From NCBI GenBank assembly GCA_963825525.1, contig CAWGTN010000001.1, positions 32,001-96,000 of the forward strand: a DNA stretch of 64,000 bases, read 5' to 3'. This DNA is from an uncultured Chloroflexia bacterium (lineage in GTDB: Bacteria; Chloroflexota; Limnocylindria; QHBO01). Below, piece by piece: positions 31,691 through 40,768 of this stretch; the stretch's first letter is position 1; each line of letters opens with the position of its first letter. A program made the position numbers and the translations under genes. The notes beneath the pieces are model-generated. The model was given only the letters and a program-made list of their open reading frames with translations, was not told the origin of the DNA and did not search any database.

Positions 31691-32950
31691 TCAGGGGTAG
31701 AGGCCGCGCAGGGTCGTGGCCTCGGCCACCCGACCCACCGCGACCATCATCGCCGCGGCGCGCAGGTCGACCTTCTGGGCTTCGGCCATCGCGCGGACCC
31801 CGGCCATCGCCTCGTCCATGATGCGATCGAGCTGTGCCGTGATCTCGTCCCGCGACCAGAAGAACGCCTGCATGTCCTGCACCCACTCGAAGTAGCCGAG
31901 CACCGTCCCGCCCGATGTGCAGATGATGTCCGGGATGACCGTCACGCCACGGTCGGCGAGGATCGCGTCGGCCGACGGGGTGACTCCGCCGTTCGCCACC
32001 TCGGCGATGAGTCGAGCGCGCACCGTCGGTGCGGTCACGTCGCTGACCTCGCCCTGCAGCCCGGCCAGGGCGATGACTGCGCAGTCGGTCGCAAAGAGAT
32101 CGGCCTTCGAAATCGGCTCTGTGTCAGCCAGCCCGCGGATCGTGTCGCGCTCACGCATCCAAAGCACGGCGGCGGCCACGTCGATCCCGGATGCGTTCAT
32201 GACACCCTCCGCGTCGTCGCCGATGGCCACGATCACGGCGCCCGCCGCGTGGAGCTCTTCAGCGAGGGTCATGCCAACGCGGCCGAACCCCTGGATGGCA
32301 ACCCGCGTCCCTTCCAGTGTGCCGTTGGCGGTGGCGATGCAGCGCAGCGCACCGCGAGCCGTGGCGCTCCGACGCCCGCGTGTGCCTCCCACCGACATCG
32401 GCTTGCCGATGACGGAGGCGGCGACAGTGTGACCGCGGTGCATCGAGAAGGTGTCCATCATCCATGCCATGGTCTGCGAGCCGGTATTGACGTCAGGCGA
32501 CGGAATGTCGCTGCTGGGTCCGAGCAGGGGGCCGATCTCGGTGGCGAAGCGTCGCGTGAGCCCCTGCCGCTCCTGCTCGCTGAGCCGCCGGGGGTTGACC
32601 CGCACCCCTCCCGCCGCCCCACCGAACGGGATGTGAACGAGCGCGGCCTTCCAGGTGTTGAGCATGGCCAGCGCGCGGACCTCGTCGAGATCGAGGTTCG
32701 GCACGTAGCGCACGCCGCCCGAGACGGGTCCGCGGTTCACGTTGTGGTGCACGCGATAGCCCGTGTAGACCATGACCCGGCCATCCTCGTGGGTGACCGG
32801 GAAGTTGACCGTCAGCTCCCGCTTCGGGACCCGCAGGACGCGATGCATCCCCTCGTCGAGGTGAAGCCGGTCGGCGGCCGCATCCAGCTCGGCCTGGGTC
32901 GTGGTCCAGATGTTGTCGGCGCGTGCCGCGCCTGGATTCGGGGACGCCAT
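31691..32950 (-). CDS. Glu/Leu/Phe/Val dehydrogenase paralog with degenerate active site
   Basis: Full-length GDH fold (GYRVHHN, DIPSPDVNT, QGFG, YFEWVQD) but GPVSGG and GGAAGG replace GPxKGG and GGAKGG. Confidence 0.88.
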   Translation of the reverse strand: MASPNPGAARADNIWTTTQAELDAAADRLHLDEGMHRVLRVPKRELTVNFPVTHEDGRVMVYTGYRVHHNVNRGPVSGGVRYVPNLDLDEVRALAMLNTWKAALVHIPFGGAAGGVRVNPRRLSEQERQGLTRRFATEIGPLLGPSSDIPSPDVNTGSQTMAWMMDTFSMHRGHTVAASVIGKPMSVGGTRGRRSATARGALRCIATANGTLEGTRVAIQGFGRVGMTLAEELHAAGAVIVAIGDDAEGVMNASGIDVAAAVLWMRERDTIRGLADTEPISKADLFATDCAVIALAGLQGEVSDVTAPTVRARLIAEVANGGVTPSADAILADRGVTVIPDIICTSGGTVLGYFEWVQDMQAFFWSRDEITAQLDRIMDEAMAGVRAMAEAQKVDLRAAAMMVAVGRVAEATTLRGLYP

Positions 32951-32995
32951 GGGCTCAGCCTAGCGCGAACCGCGGGCCGCGGAATGCCCGTCTCG

Positions 32996-34174
32996 TCAGA
33001 AGCCCTGGATGCCGGCGTACCACTTGCGCAACGTCACGTCGCCGATCTCGACCCAGGCGTCATTCATGGCCCAGGTCGCGTCCAGCCATTGCCGAGCCTC
33101 GTCGAGCTCCGCCGGCTCGAGAACCTGGTTCAGGAGCCATTCGAACTCGTCAACCGCGATCGGCCGATCGAACGCCTGTCCATCGTGATCGGTGATCTGC
33201 ATCGAGAAGCCGCTCGGCTCCCCGTTCGACTCTCCGAACGCCACGACCCTCTCCGCCTGTCGGGTCGGCTGGTCGACGCACGTCCAGCCGGCTTGGACCA
33301 CCCCGTCGGTGGCCGTGTGCGCTCGTTCACAGGCCATGCCGAGGGCGGTGAAGCGGCGGGCAAGCTCTGCGGCATCGCGAGTGGGAGGGCGGGCAAGCTG
33401 CGCTGACGCTGACGCCGTCGCCGATGGCATGGCCGTCGGGTCCGGAGACACGAGCTCGCCCAACCCAGGCGACGGACGACTGATCACCGATGCGAGGACG
33501 ATCACTCCGACCCCGATGCCGCCCACGATCAGCGCGGCGACCGGACGCCGACCACGCGCGACGTGCAACGCCGCGACGGCCGCGGACAGGATGGTCACCA
33601 GCAGAGCTCCCGCCACGAGCGGTGCGGACCACCCTGATGTGGGGCGGACAGGGGCCTCGGAAGCCGATGCCGACGCCCTTGGCGCGGGGGACCCCGTCGG
33701 GTCGGGCGCGATCGCGATCGGGCGGATGTCGCGGAGGTCGGCGAAATCGCTGCGGACCGCGATCGGATCGGTCAGCCCGATGAGCTGCTCGGCCTCCTGC
33801 CGGCTGTGGATGGGCGTCGGGCGCACGCACGGGCCTGACGCCAGGCTCCCGTCCCGCTGGGTCGAGACCACGAACGCGTAGGTTCCCGCCTCGATAGGCC
33901 GCGCCTGGAAGGTGATCCAGTCGTGCGTGATCGTGACGACTGGCGGGAGGTCGTCGCCCCGCAGGACAGCGTCCACCGTGAGCGTGAGCTCGACCACCTG
34001 CGTCGCATCGGCGGCATCTTCCAGCGTGCCGATGAAGATCGTCGCGTCCTCGGCATCGGGCGGCCCGCCCTGGAGAAGCGTCGACACCGAGGTGAGAACG
34101 CAGCTCGTGCCCACGCCGTGGGCCGGCAGCGCCAGCCATGCCACCAGAACTGCGATCCCCACCACCGTCCGCAT
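32996..34174 (-). CDS. Hypothetical exported/membrane protein
   Basis: Signal peptide, Cys-flanked N-terminal domain, two central TM helices, Pro/Ser/Ala linkers; TAGACT 6 nt upstream. Confidence 0.6.
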   Translation of the reverse strand: MRTVVGIAVLVAWLALPAHGVGTSCVLTSVSTLLQGGPPDAEDATIFIGTLEDAADATQVVELTLTVDAVLRGDDLPPVVTITHDWITFQARPIEAGTYAFVVSTQRDGSLASGPCVRPTPIHSRQEAEQLIGLTDPIAVRSDFADLRDIRPIAIAPDPTGSPAPRASASASEAPVRPTSGWSAPLVAGALLVTILSAAVAALHVARGRRPVAALIVGGIGVGVIVLASVISRPSPGLGELVSPDPTAMPSATASASAQLARPPTRDAAELARRFTALGMACERAHTATDGVVQAGWTCVDQPTRQAERVVAFGESNGEPSGFSMQITDHDGQAFDRPIAVDEFEWLLNQVLEPAELDEARQWLDATWAMNDAWVEIGDVTLRKWYAGIQGF

Positions 34175-34286
34175 CGCCAGAGTCTAGGTGGGGTGGCAAG
34201 ATATGCCCGTCCAATCCAGATCGTCGCGCCGGCTGCCTGCATATTTGCCGATCGGCGCGTCACCGCATCCCAGAGGAGGACCGCCG

Positions 34287-35225
34287 ATGGCGCCGCGCGT
34301 CATGACCGTCTCCGGACCGATTCCACCCGAGAAGCTCGGCTTCACGCTTCCCCACGAGCACACCGCCATCAGCCTGTGGCACATCGCCAACCGCTGGGAC
34401 TACTGGGAGCTCACGCCCGATGACGATCTGATCATCGGCGAGCTGAGCGACTTTCGACGGCGAGGGGGAGGCACCGTTGTCGACCTCACCCTGCCGGGGG
34501 TGGGCCGCGACCCGGACCGGCTGCGCCGCCTGGCGAGCGCCACCGGGCTGAATATCGTGATGGGGTCCGGATGGTATCGGGAGGCGTATTACCCCGCCGA
34601 GATGAACGTCGACCGGCGCAGCGTCGACGACCTGGCGGCGGAGATCATCGGCGAGTTCGAGAACGGCGTCGGGGGAAGCGGCATCCGGCCCGGGATCATC
34701 GGCGAGATCGGCACCGACAAGCCGTGGGTCAGCGCGCGGGAAGAACGCGTGCACCGGGCCGCCGCCCGGGCCTCGAAGGCGACCGGCATGGCGATCACCA
34801 CGCACGGCGTTCAGTCTGCCGTCGGGCTGGCGCAGCTGCGCATCTTCACCGAGGAGGGCGTCGATCCCTCGCGCGTCGTCATCGGCCATGCCGACTCGCA
34901 CCACGACCTCGACTTCTACCTCGAGGTGCTCGATGGCGGGGCAAACCTGCAGTTCGATTTCCTGGGCCACCGGTTCGCAGCCGAGGAGGCCCTCGAGCCG
35001 CGCCTGGTCGAGACGATCGTCGAGCTGCTGGAGCGGGGCTATGGGCCGCAGATCCTCCTCAGCCAGGACGTCTGCCACAACCGCCAGCTCAAGGTCAACG
35101 GCGGCTTCGGCTACGTGTACCTCCAGCAGCATTTCCTGCCGACGCTGCGCACGGCCGCGGTGGGGGAGGGCGAGATCCAGCAGATGACCTTCGAGAATCC
35201 CGCACGGATCCTCACGATTCCCTGA
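34287..35225 (+). CDS. Phosphotriesterase-family amidohydrolase
   Basis: TLPHEH, IIGEIG, ITTHG, IGHAD and LSQD metal ligands; ENPARIL; AGGAGG RBS. Confidence 0.92.
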   Translation: MAPRVMTVSGPIPPEKLGFTLPHEHTAISLWHIANRWDYWELTPDDDLIIGELSDFRRRGGGTVVDLTLPGVGRDPDRLRRLASATGLNIVMGSGWYREAYYPAEMNVDRRSVDDLAAEIIGEFENGVGGSGIRPGIIGEIGTDKPWVSAREERVHRAAARASKATGMAITTHGVQSAVGLAQLRIFTEEGVDPSRVVIGHADSHHDLDFYLEVLDGGANLQFDFLGHRFAAEEALEPRLVETIVELLERGYGPQILLSQDVCHNRQLKVNGGFGYVYLQQHFLPTLRTAAVGEGEIQQMTFENPARILTIP

Positions 35226-35253
35226 GGACGTTGGGTGCCAGTTGCATGGGCGT

Positions 35254-35430
35254 TCGATGTATGAGTCGAAATCGCGCGCAGGGCGGGTACTACGCGCTGA
35301 TGCTGCGATATATCGAGCGGCTGGGAGCGTGAAGCGCGCCGCGGCGTGCTCGTCACGTGTGCCGGCGCTCGATAGATCGCGGGAACCGCACGCGGCCCGG
35401 CCCTCCGGTGAACATCCCTCGAAATATCGC
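35254..35430. repeat. Intergenic palindromic repeat element (REP/BIME-like) with about 50-bp unit spacing
   Basis: GCGATATATCGAGCG (35305-35319) vs CGCTCGATAGATCGC (35366-35380), inverted with 1 mismatch; further copies CTCGAAATATCGC (35418-35430) and degenerate CGATGTATGAG (about 35255). Confidence 0.55.
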
Positions 35431-35474
35431 GCAGCCCCCGGGTTGTGGCATGTCACGCGTCCATACTTCGGCCC

Positions 35475-36503
35475 ATGCCGCCGTCACGCGACCCGATCAC
35501 CGATCTGAAGCGGATCGCCTTCCTGCTCGAGTCTGCCCAGGAGCCGAGCTACCGGGTCCGGGCGTTCCGCAGCGCTGCCGCCACCATGGCGCGCATCGGA
35601 GCCGATGAGCTCGCCGCTCGGGCAGCCGCAGGAACGCTACGTGAGCTGACGGGCGTCGGTGAAGTGACCGAGCGGACGATCCTCGAGAGCCTGCGCGGCG
35701 AGGAGCCGGTGTATCTGCGCCGGCTGGAGTCCACGGAGGGGAAGCCGATGGCCGAGGGCGCCGCCGCGCTCCTGGACGCCCTCCGTGGCGATTGCCACGT
35801 CCACACCGAGGCATCGGACGGAGGCGCAAGCATCCGGGAGATGGCCGAGGTGGCGATTGAGCTCGGGCACGCGTACGTGGTCATCACCGACCACTCCCCG
35901 CGGCTGACCGTCGCGAATGGGCTGTCGGCCGAGCGCCTTGAAGCGCAGCTCGACGAGATCCGCGAGCTCAACGCCGAGCTGGCACCGTTCCGGATCCTCA
36001 CCGGGATCGAGGTCGACATCAACGAGGACGGCTCACTCGACCAGGAACCCGAGCTGTTGATGCGACTCGACGTGGTCGTCGGCAGCATTCATTCGGCCCT
36101 GCGCTCCGAGTCACGCGCCATGACCGTTCGCATGGTGACGGCGCTCGCCAACCCCAACCTCGACATCCTTGGTCATTGCACCGGCCGGATGGTGACCGGC
36201 AAGCGGAAGCGCCCCGAGTCGGCGTTCGACGCGGAGATCGTGTTCGCCGCCGCCGACCGCTTCGACAAGGCGGTCGAGATCAACTCGCGTCCGGAGCGCC
36301 TCGATCCGCCGAAACGGCTCCTGCGGCTGGCGATCGAGGCCGGCTGCCGCGTCGCGATCGATTCGGACGCTCACGCCCCGGGACAGATGGCATGGCTGGT
36401 CAACGGCTGCGAGCGCGCGTTCCTGTGCGGCGTGACGCCGGCCATGATCGTCAATGCGCTGGCGGCGGACGACCTCGTGGCCTGGACGTCGGCCCATCGG
36501 TGA
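35475..36503 (+). CDS. PHP-domain hydrolase with N-terminal PolX-like helix-hairpin-helix
   Basis: YRVRAFRSAA...LTGVG; GDCHVHTEASDG, ITDHS, GIEVDI, LGHCTGR, IDSDAH. Confidence 0.9.
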   Translation: MPPSRDPITDLKRIAFLLESAQEPSYRVRAFRSAAATMARIGADELAARAAAGTLRELTGVGEVTERTILESLRGEEPVYLRRLESTEGKPMAEGAAALLDALRGDCHVHTEASDGGASIREMAEVAIELGHAYVVITDHSPRLTVANGLSAERLEAQLDEIRELNAELAPFRILTGIEVDINEDGSLDQEPELLMRLDVVVGSIHSALRSESRAMTVRMVTALANPNLDILGHCTGRMVTGKRKRPESAFDAEIVFAAADRFDKAVEINSRPERLDPPKRLLRLAIEAGCRVAIDSDAHAPGQMAWLVNGCERAFLCGVTPAMIVNALAADDLVAWTSAHR

Positions 36504-36581
36504 GGTGGCGGTTGGCGCAGGATCTGCACTCGGAAGGTCGGGCGCATACTGAAGGCCCACCCGCAAGGAGAATGATCTGCA

Positions 36582-36785
36582 ATGTCCGTCGCCAAGGTAA
36601 CCGAGCTTTCCTGCACCTCGAACGACAGCTTCGAGGACGCCGTCCGCCAGGGGATCGATCGCGCCAGCAAGACGCTGCGCGGCGTGAAGAGCGCATGGGT
36701 CAAGGAGCAGCGTGTGAACGTGGGCCGCGATGGGTCCGTCGAGTTCCAGGCCAACATCCTGGTGACCTTCATCCTCGAGGACTGA
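36582..36785 (+). CDS. Dodecin family flavin-binding protein
   Basis: MSVAKVTEL...SFEDAVRQGIDRASKTLRGVKSAWVKEQ...VTFILE; AAGGAG RBS. Confidence 0.92.
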   Translation: MSVAKVTELSCTSNDSFEDAVRQGIDRASKTLRGVKSAWVKEQRVNVGRDGSVEFQANILVTFILED

Positions 36786-36837
36786 CTCCGGGTAGCCGAT
36801 GCGGCCGGCGCGCGTTTCGCGCCGGCCGTGGTATCAC

Positions 36838-37803
36838 CTACGCCTCGGTCGACCCGTCGTCTGCCAGGCCGATGACGCCCTTGTCGCGCACGAACCGCGA
36901 GCGGTACGTCGGGTTGCTCACGCGCTGGCTCACCGTCTTGGCGTCGAGTGGCTTGCCGCTCCGTGGAACCTGGTAGCGACCGCGCTCGACGATGGCGGCG
37001 GCGAGATCCGCCGCTGGCATCGCCCCCCGCTCGCGGATCACCTCGATCATCTCGTCATGCAGGGCGACGCGGTCCGTGCTCGGCGCGGCGGTCGCACGTC
37101 GCGGTCCACGGGGCTTCTTTGTCGTCGCCTCCCCTGCCGATTCGTCGGCAGAGACAGCCTCGGCCTGGGCGGACGGGGACTCGGATTGCGGCTCGGGGGA
37201 GGCCGCTCGCTGCGGCTTGGTGCCGCCGGCGTCCGACTCGAGGGCGGCGATTCGCGCGTCGAGCGCCGCGACGCGCTCCAGCAGCGTGGGTCCATCCCCA
37301 CCGGATTCGGCCACATCGACGCCGCCGCGCGCCGCGTCGAGTCGCTCCTCGACCCACTGGCGAACCAGGTCGCCGGGTCGAGTACCGGCCTCGCCGGCAA
37401 GGTGCTTCAGCGTGCTGACCCGTCGAGGATCCAGCCGGATCGACATCGCTCCCTCGTCGGGCGGACGGTCGCCACCCGGACGCGGCTGATACGGCCGATC
37501 TGCGCCAGGACGCGGCTGAAACGGCCGATCCCCGCCGGGACGCGGCTGGTATGGCCGGTCGCCACCGGGACGCGCCTGGTATGGCCGATCCCCGCCGGGA
37601 CGCGGCTGGTATGGCCGATCCCCGCCGGGACGCGGCTGGTATGGCCGGTCGCCACCGGGACGCGGCTGATATGGCCGATCGCCACCGGGGCGGCCGCGCG
37701 GCTGCCAGTCGCCCCCGCGTTGCGGCGGTCGATCTGGACGGTCGTTTCGGTCGCGATCGGGTCGATCGGGACGGCGGTCTGGGCCGCGTCGGTTAAAGCT
37801 CAT
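36838..37803 (-). CDS. Hypothetical protein: repetitive RGG/PY N-terminus, ribbon-helix-helix-like domain, C-terminal winged-helix-like domain
   Basis: (GGDRPYQPRP)x7; MSIRLDPRRVSTLKHLAGEAGTRPGDLVRQWVEERL; LHDEMIEVIRERGAMPAADLAAAI...; TATCGT 8 nt upstream. Confidence 0.7.
   Translation of the reverse strand: MSFNRRGPDRRPDRPDRDRNDRPDRPPQRGGDWQPRGRPGGDRPYQPRPGGDRPYQPRPGGDRPYQPRPGGDRPYQARPGGDRPYQPRPGGDRPFQPRPGADRPYQPRPGGDRPPDEGAMSIRLDPRRVSTLKHLAGEAGTRPGDLVRQWVEERLDAARGGVDVAESGGDGPTLLERVAALDARIAALESDAGGTKPQRAASPEPQSESPSAQAEAVSADESAGEATTKKPRGPRRATAAPSTDRVALHDEMIEVIRERGAMPAADLAAAIVERGRYQVPRSGKPLDAKTVSQRVSNPTYRSRFVRDKGVIGLADDGSTEA
37465..37689 (-). repeat. Coding 30-bp tandem repeat, about 7.5 units
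   Basis: Plus-strand units resembling CCGCCGGGACGCGGCTGGTATGGCCGATC; encodes GGDRPYQPRP. Confidence 0.9.
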
Positions 37804-37849
37804 CGTGTCCCACGATAGCCCTTCAGCCTGTCGGTGGCTACCGACGCAC

Positions 37850-39577
37850 TCAGAACGAGCCCGATCCGCCGCCTCCACCCGAGCTGCCACCGCCGGAGAA
37901 TCCGCCACCACCGCTGGATGAGGACGACGAGGACGGTGGGGTCGATCCGACGCTCCCGAGGGCGTCGAACATGCCGCCGATGTCCGGGATGGCGGACCCC
38001 GAGAAGATGCTTCCGGAACCGTAGCTGACACCGCCGCCGAGGTCGGCGGCTGCCGCCGGGGACCATGACGATCCCGACGATGAGCCGATCCAGAACGGGT
38101 AGTAGGCGCCGGCCGGCGAACCCGTTGCGGCGCGTTGCTCCTCGAGTCCGCGCGCCAGCAGTGACGCGACCTCGTCATGGAGGCCCAGTGCCATTCCCCA
38201 CACCACCGCCTTGTCCGGCGTGTCGGCCAACGTCGCCACCTCCGGCTGCTCCGTCACCTCGCGCATGGACCGAGCCTGCTCCATGGTCTTCTGAAGGGTG
38301 CGCCGATATGCCTTCAGCATCGCGTCCACGTAGGCGCCCTGCGATGACCGCTTGCTCATCGCCCGCCCGAACGCGATGGTGCCCAGCCCTCCGAGGATCG
38401 TGGCACCTCCAGCCAGGACCGCGCCGCTCATCGGCACGATGAACCCGATGCCGATGATGACCGCGCCGGCCACGAGGATGAGGATCCCGGTCCGCGTGCC
38501 GCGGCTGATGGCCCTCGAGGGCAGCTCGGTGAACCAGCCCAGTCTCATGGCTTCCTTCTCGAGCACCTTCTCGATGCTGCCCATCTTCGAGTTGACCCGC
38601 CACAGACGCTCGCGGCTCAGGCGCGTTGACGTCCCTGCCAGAGTGCGGATCGCGTCCCACGCCTTGCGCTCGGGAAGAGCCAGGCGATCGTCGTCGTCCT
38701 GGGCGGCCATCACCTCGATGGCCGGATCAGTCAGTGGATCAGGGTCTGCGTCGCTCCGCGCCGACGAGACCTGGTCGAGATTGTGGAACGCGATGCGACC
38801 GCTTGCCGCGAGCTCGGCGAGGATCGTGTTGGTGGCGTGACCGGTGGCACGGCCGGCGCGAACCACCGTTGCGAGCGCCGGCGTCATCTCCGCAGGTGGT
38901 CCGGCCATCAGGATTGAAGGGGAGTCGGTGAGCTCTGGATCGTCTCCCTGGCGGCGCCATCTCCACCACGCGCTCCCGAGCGTCAGGACCAGGATGAGCG
39001 GCGACCCGATCAGGCCGACGGCCGCGTTGACGACGCGACCGACGGTCAACGGGATCGTGTCGGGAGCCATGCGCTCCTGGATGGCCTCGATCGTGTTGCG
39101 CGTTGCCGCGTCCAGGTCCCCATCGGCCGCGCGCGGCACGAACGTGCTGTCGATGAGGCCGGTCAAGGTGTCCTCGTCGACGTGCTGCCGGATGAACCCC
39201 GACCCGCCGTACAGGCTCACCTTGCCGTTGATGAGGTTCGGCTGGAGCCCGACCAGCAGCACCAGGCCGTCGTCGAAGCCGGACCGCCCGATGCCCCATT
39301 GGTCGATGAGGGCGGCTGCCTTCGCCAGGTTCTCGTCCTCGGTGATGCCCGGGTCCACCTGGATGTAGACCACGATCTCGGCCCCGGTCTCGGCCTCGAC
39401 CGCATCGATGCGCGCCTCGAGGTCCGCGACCGTCTCAGGTTCCAGCACGCCGGGCTCGTCATACACGCTGCGTTCCGGCACAGGGTCGGGGAACGGAGGG
39501 CCGGCGGCGGCCACGGTCGCGACGAACGCGACCACGAGCAGCGGGGCAGCAGCGAGCGCCCGGAGCCATGCGTGCAT
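37850..39577 (-). CDS. TPM-domain membrane protein with DUF2207-like C-terminal part
   Basis: Signal peptide, VYDEPGVL, WGIGRSGFDDGLVLLV (TPM); TM helices; Gly/Ser tail SSSSSSGGGGFSGGGSSGGGGGSGSF. Confidence 0.85.
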   Translation of the reverse strand: MHAWLRALAAAPLLVVAFVATVAAAGPPFPDPVPERSVYDEPGVLEPETVADLEARIDAVEAETGAEIVVYIQVDPGITEDENLAKAAALIDQWGIGRSGFDDGLVLLVGLQPNLINGKVSLYGGSGFIRQHVDEDTLTGLIDSTFVPRAADGDLDAATRNTIEAIQERMAPDTIPLTVGRVVNAAVGLIGSPLILVLTLGSAWWRWRRQGDDPELTDSPSILMAGPPAEMTPALATVVRAGRATGHATNTILAELAASGRIAFHNLDQVSSARSDADPDPLTDPAIEVMAAQDDDDRLALPERKAWDAIRTLAGTSTRLSRERLWRVNSKMGSIEKVLEKEAMRLGWFTELPSRAISRGTRTGILILVAGAVIIGIGFIVPMSGAVLAGGATILGGLGTIAFGRAMSKRSSQGAYVDAMLKAYRRTLQKTMEQARSMREVTEQPEVATLADTPDKAVVWGMALGLHDEVASLLARGLEEQRAATGSPAGAYYPFWIGSSSGSSWSPAAAADLGGGVSYGSGSIFSGSAIPDIGGMFDALGSVGSTPPSSSSSSSGGGGFSGGGSSGGGGGSGSF

Positions 39578-39730
39578 GACGCGCAGGATAGCCTGTGGCA
39601 TCCTTCTTGCGACAACCCACGTCGCAGCGGGCGGCCCTTCATTCCGCGCTGGCTTCTCCGCCATGCGCCCCCGCCCCCATCGGCACCGACATGCGTGCCG
39701 ATGCGCGAACCCTCCCTGGAGCACAATTCC

Positions 39731-40300
39731 GTGAATATTCGACTCGGGGCGCTCGCCGCCCTGCTCTTTGCTGCGGCCATCACGGCCGTGGCGACCGCCG
39801 GCGTCGCCGCCATGACGATCGTGGGCGATCCGCCGTCTCTTGCCCCGGTCTTCGACGGCTGGAGCGCGCGTGCCGAGGCCGGCACGCTCAGCGTGCCCGA
39901 CCCGGAGCGCGGCGAGGTGCTTGCCGGCACGCCGTCGCCATCGCCATCCGCGCCGGTTGCAACCTCAACCGTCGCGTCCCAACCGACCGAACCTCCCGCG
40001 CCACCGGCCACAGAGGTCACGGGGATCGGCAGCAACTACGCCGGCACAGCCGGCTGGATGGGCGAGGCCACCGTGGCCCTGCCCGGTGACCTGGGCGGGC
40101 GATACACCGGTGTCGTGAACGGTCACGTGACCGTCTGCGCCGATCGCTGCGTGCGCCTGCCCGTGGTCGACTGGTGCCAGTGCTACTGGGGCACGTCGGA
40201 CGAGCGCGTCGTGGACCTGTCGCACTCGGCGTGGGCGCTCGTCAGCGATGCGCCACTGGCCGAGGGGCTGATCGAGGTTCGCCTGGTGCTCGAGGGCTGA
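39731..40300 (+). CDS. Exported protein with C-terminal RlpA/expansin-like double-psi beta-barrel
   Basis: N-terminal TM; Pro/Thr linker; VTVC...VRLPVVDWCQC...RVVDLSHSAW...GLIEV. Confidence 0.6.
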   Translation: MNIRLGALAALLFAAAITAVATAGVAAMTIVGDPPSLAPVFDGWSARAEAGTLSVPDPERGEVLAGTPSPSPSAPVATSTVASQPTEPPAPPATEVTGIGSNYAGTAGWMGEATVALPGDLGGRYTGVVNGHVTVCADRCVRLPVVDWCQCYWGTSDERVVDLSHSAWALVSDAPLAEGLIEVRLVLEG

Positions 40301-40306
40301 TCCCGC

Positions 40307-40768
40307 TCAGGAGCAGGTGACGGTGATCGTGGTCGGCTCCACGTCCAGTCCCGGGATCGCCACCGACTGCTCGCTTGACTCCCCGCCGGGGATCTGGCGC
40401 GTGACGGTGCCCTGGGTTCGGATTCGCCGGCCGTCCGCGTCGAGGGCCACGAGCTGACACTTCGCCCTGCCGGGGTTCGTGCCCTCGTTGATGACCGTGT
40501 AGCTGATCGTGTAGCCCGGATCGGCCGGCTCGATCCCGACCACGGAGGCCGCGTACGGACCCACGCCCCGCAGTGACAGGCTGGCAGCGATCGCCAGTCC
40601 GACCACGGCCAGGACGATGGCCACCGCCACGGTCCCGTGATACTGGGACGCCGACGGCGCGGTCATGCCGGCGCGGTTGCAGAGCGGGCAGATCGACTCG
40701 TCGGGCCCGACCTCGCGGCCGCACTTGATGCAGCGCCGAGACTCCGCCGCGCCGTGGGTCTCCGTCAT
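40307..40768 (-). CDS. Zinc-ribbon single-TM membrane protein
   Basis: CIKCG...CPLC, one TM helix, Ig-like beta-rich C-terminus. Confidence 0.65.
   Translation of the reverse strand: MTETHGAAESRRCIKCGREVGPDESICPLCNRAGMTAPSASQYHGTVAVAIVLAVVGLAIAASLSLRGVGPYAASVVGIEPADPGYTISYTVINEGTNPGRAKCQLVALDADGRRIRTQGTVTRQIPGGESSEQSVAIPGLDVEPTTITVTCS

Noticed and set aside
37465-37689. CRISPR or non-coding repeat
   Set aside because: Contiguous 30-bp units without spacers and with mostly synonymous variation, so it is a coding repeat.
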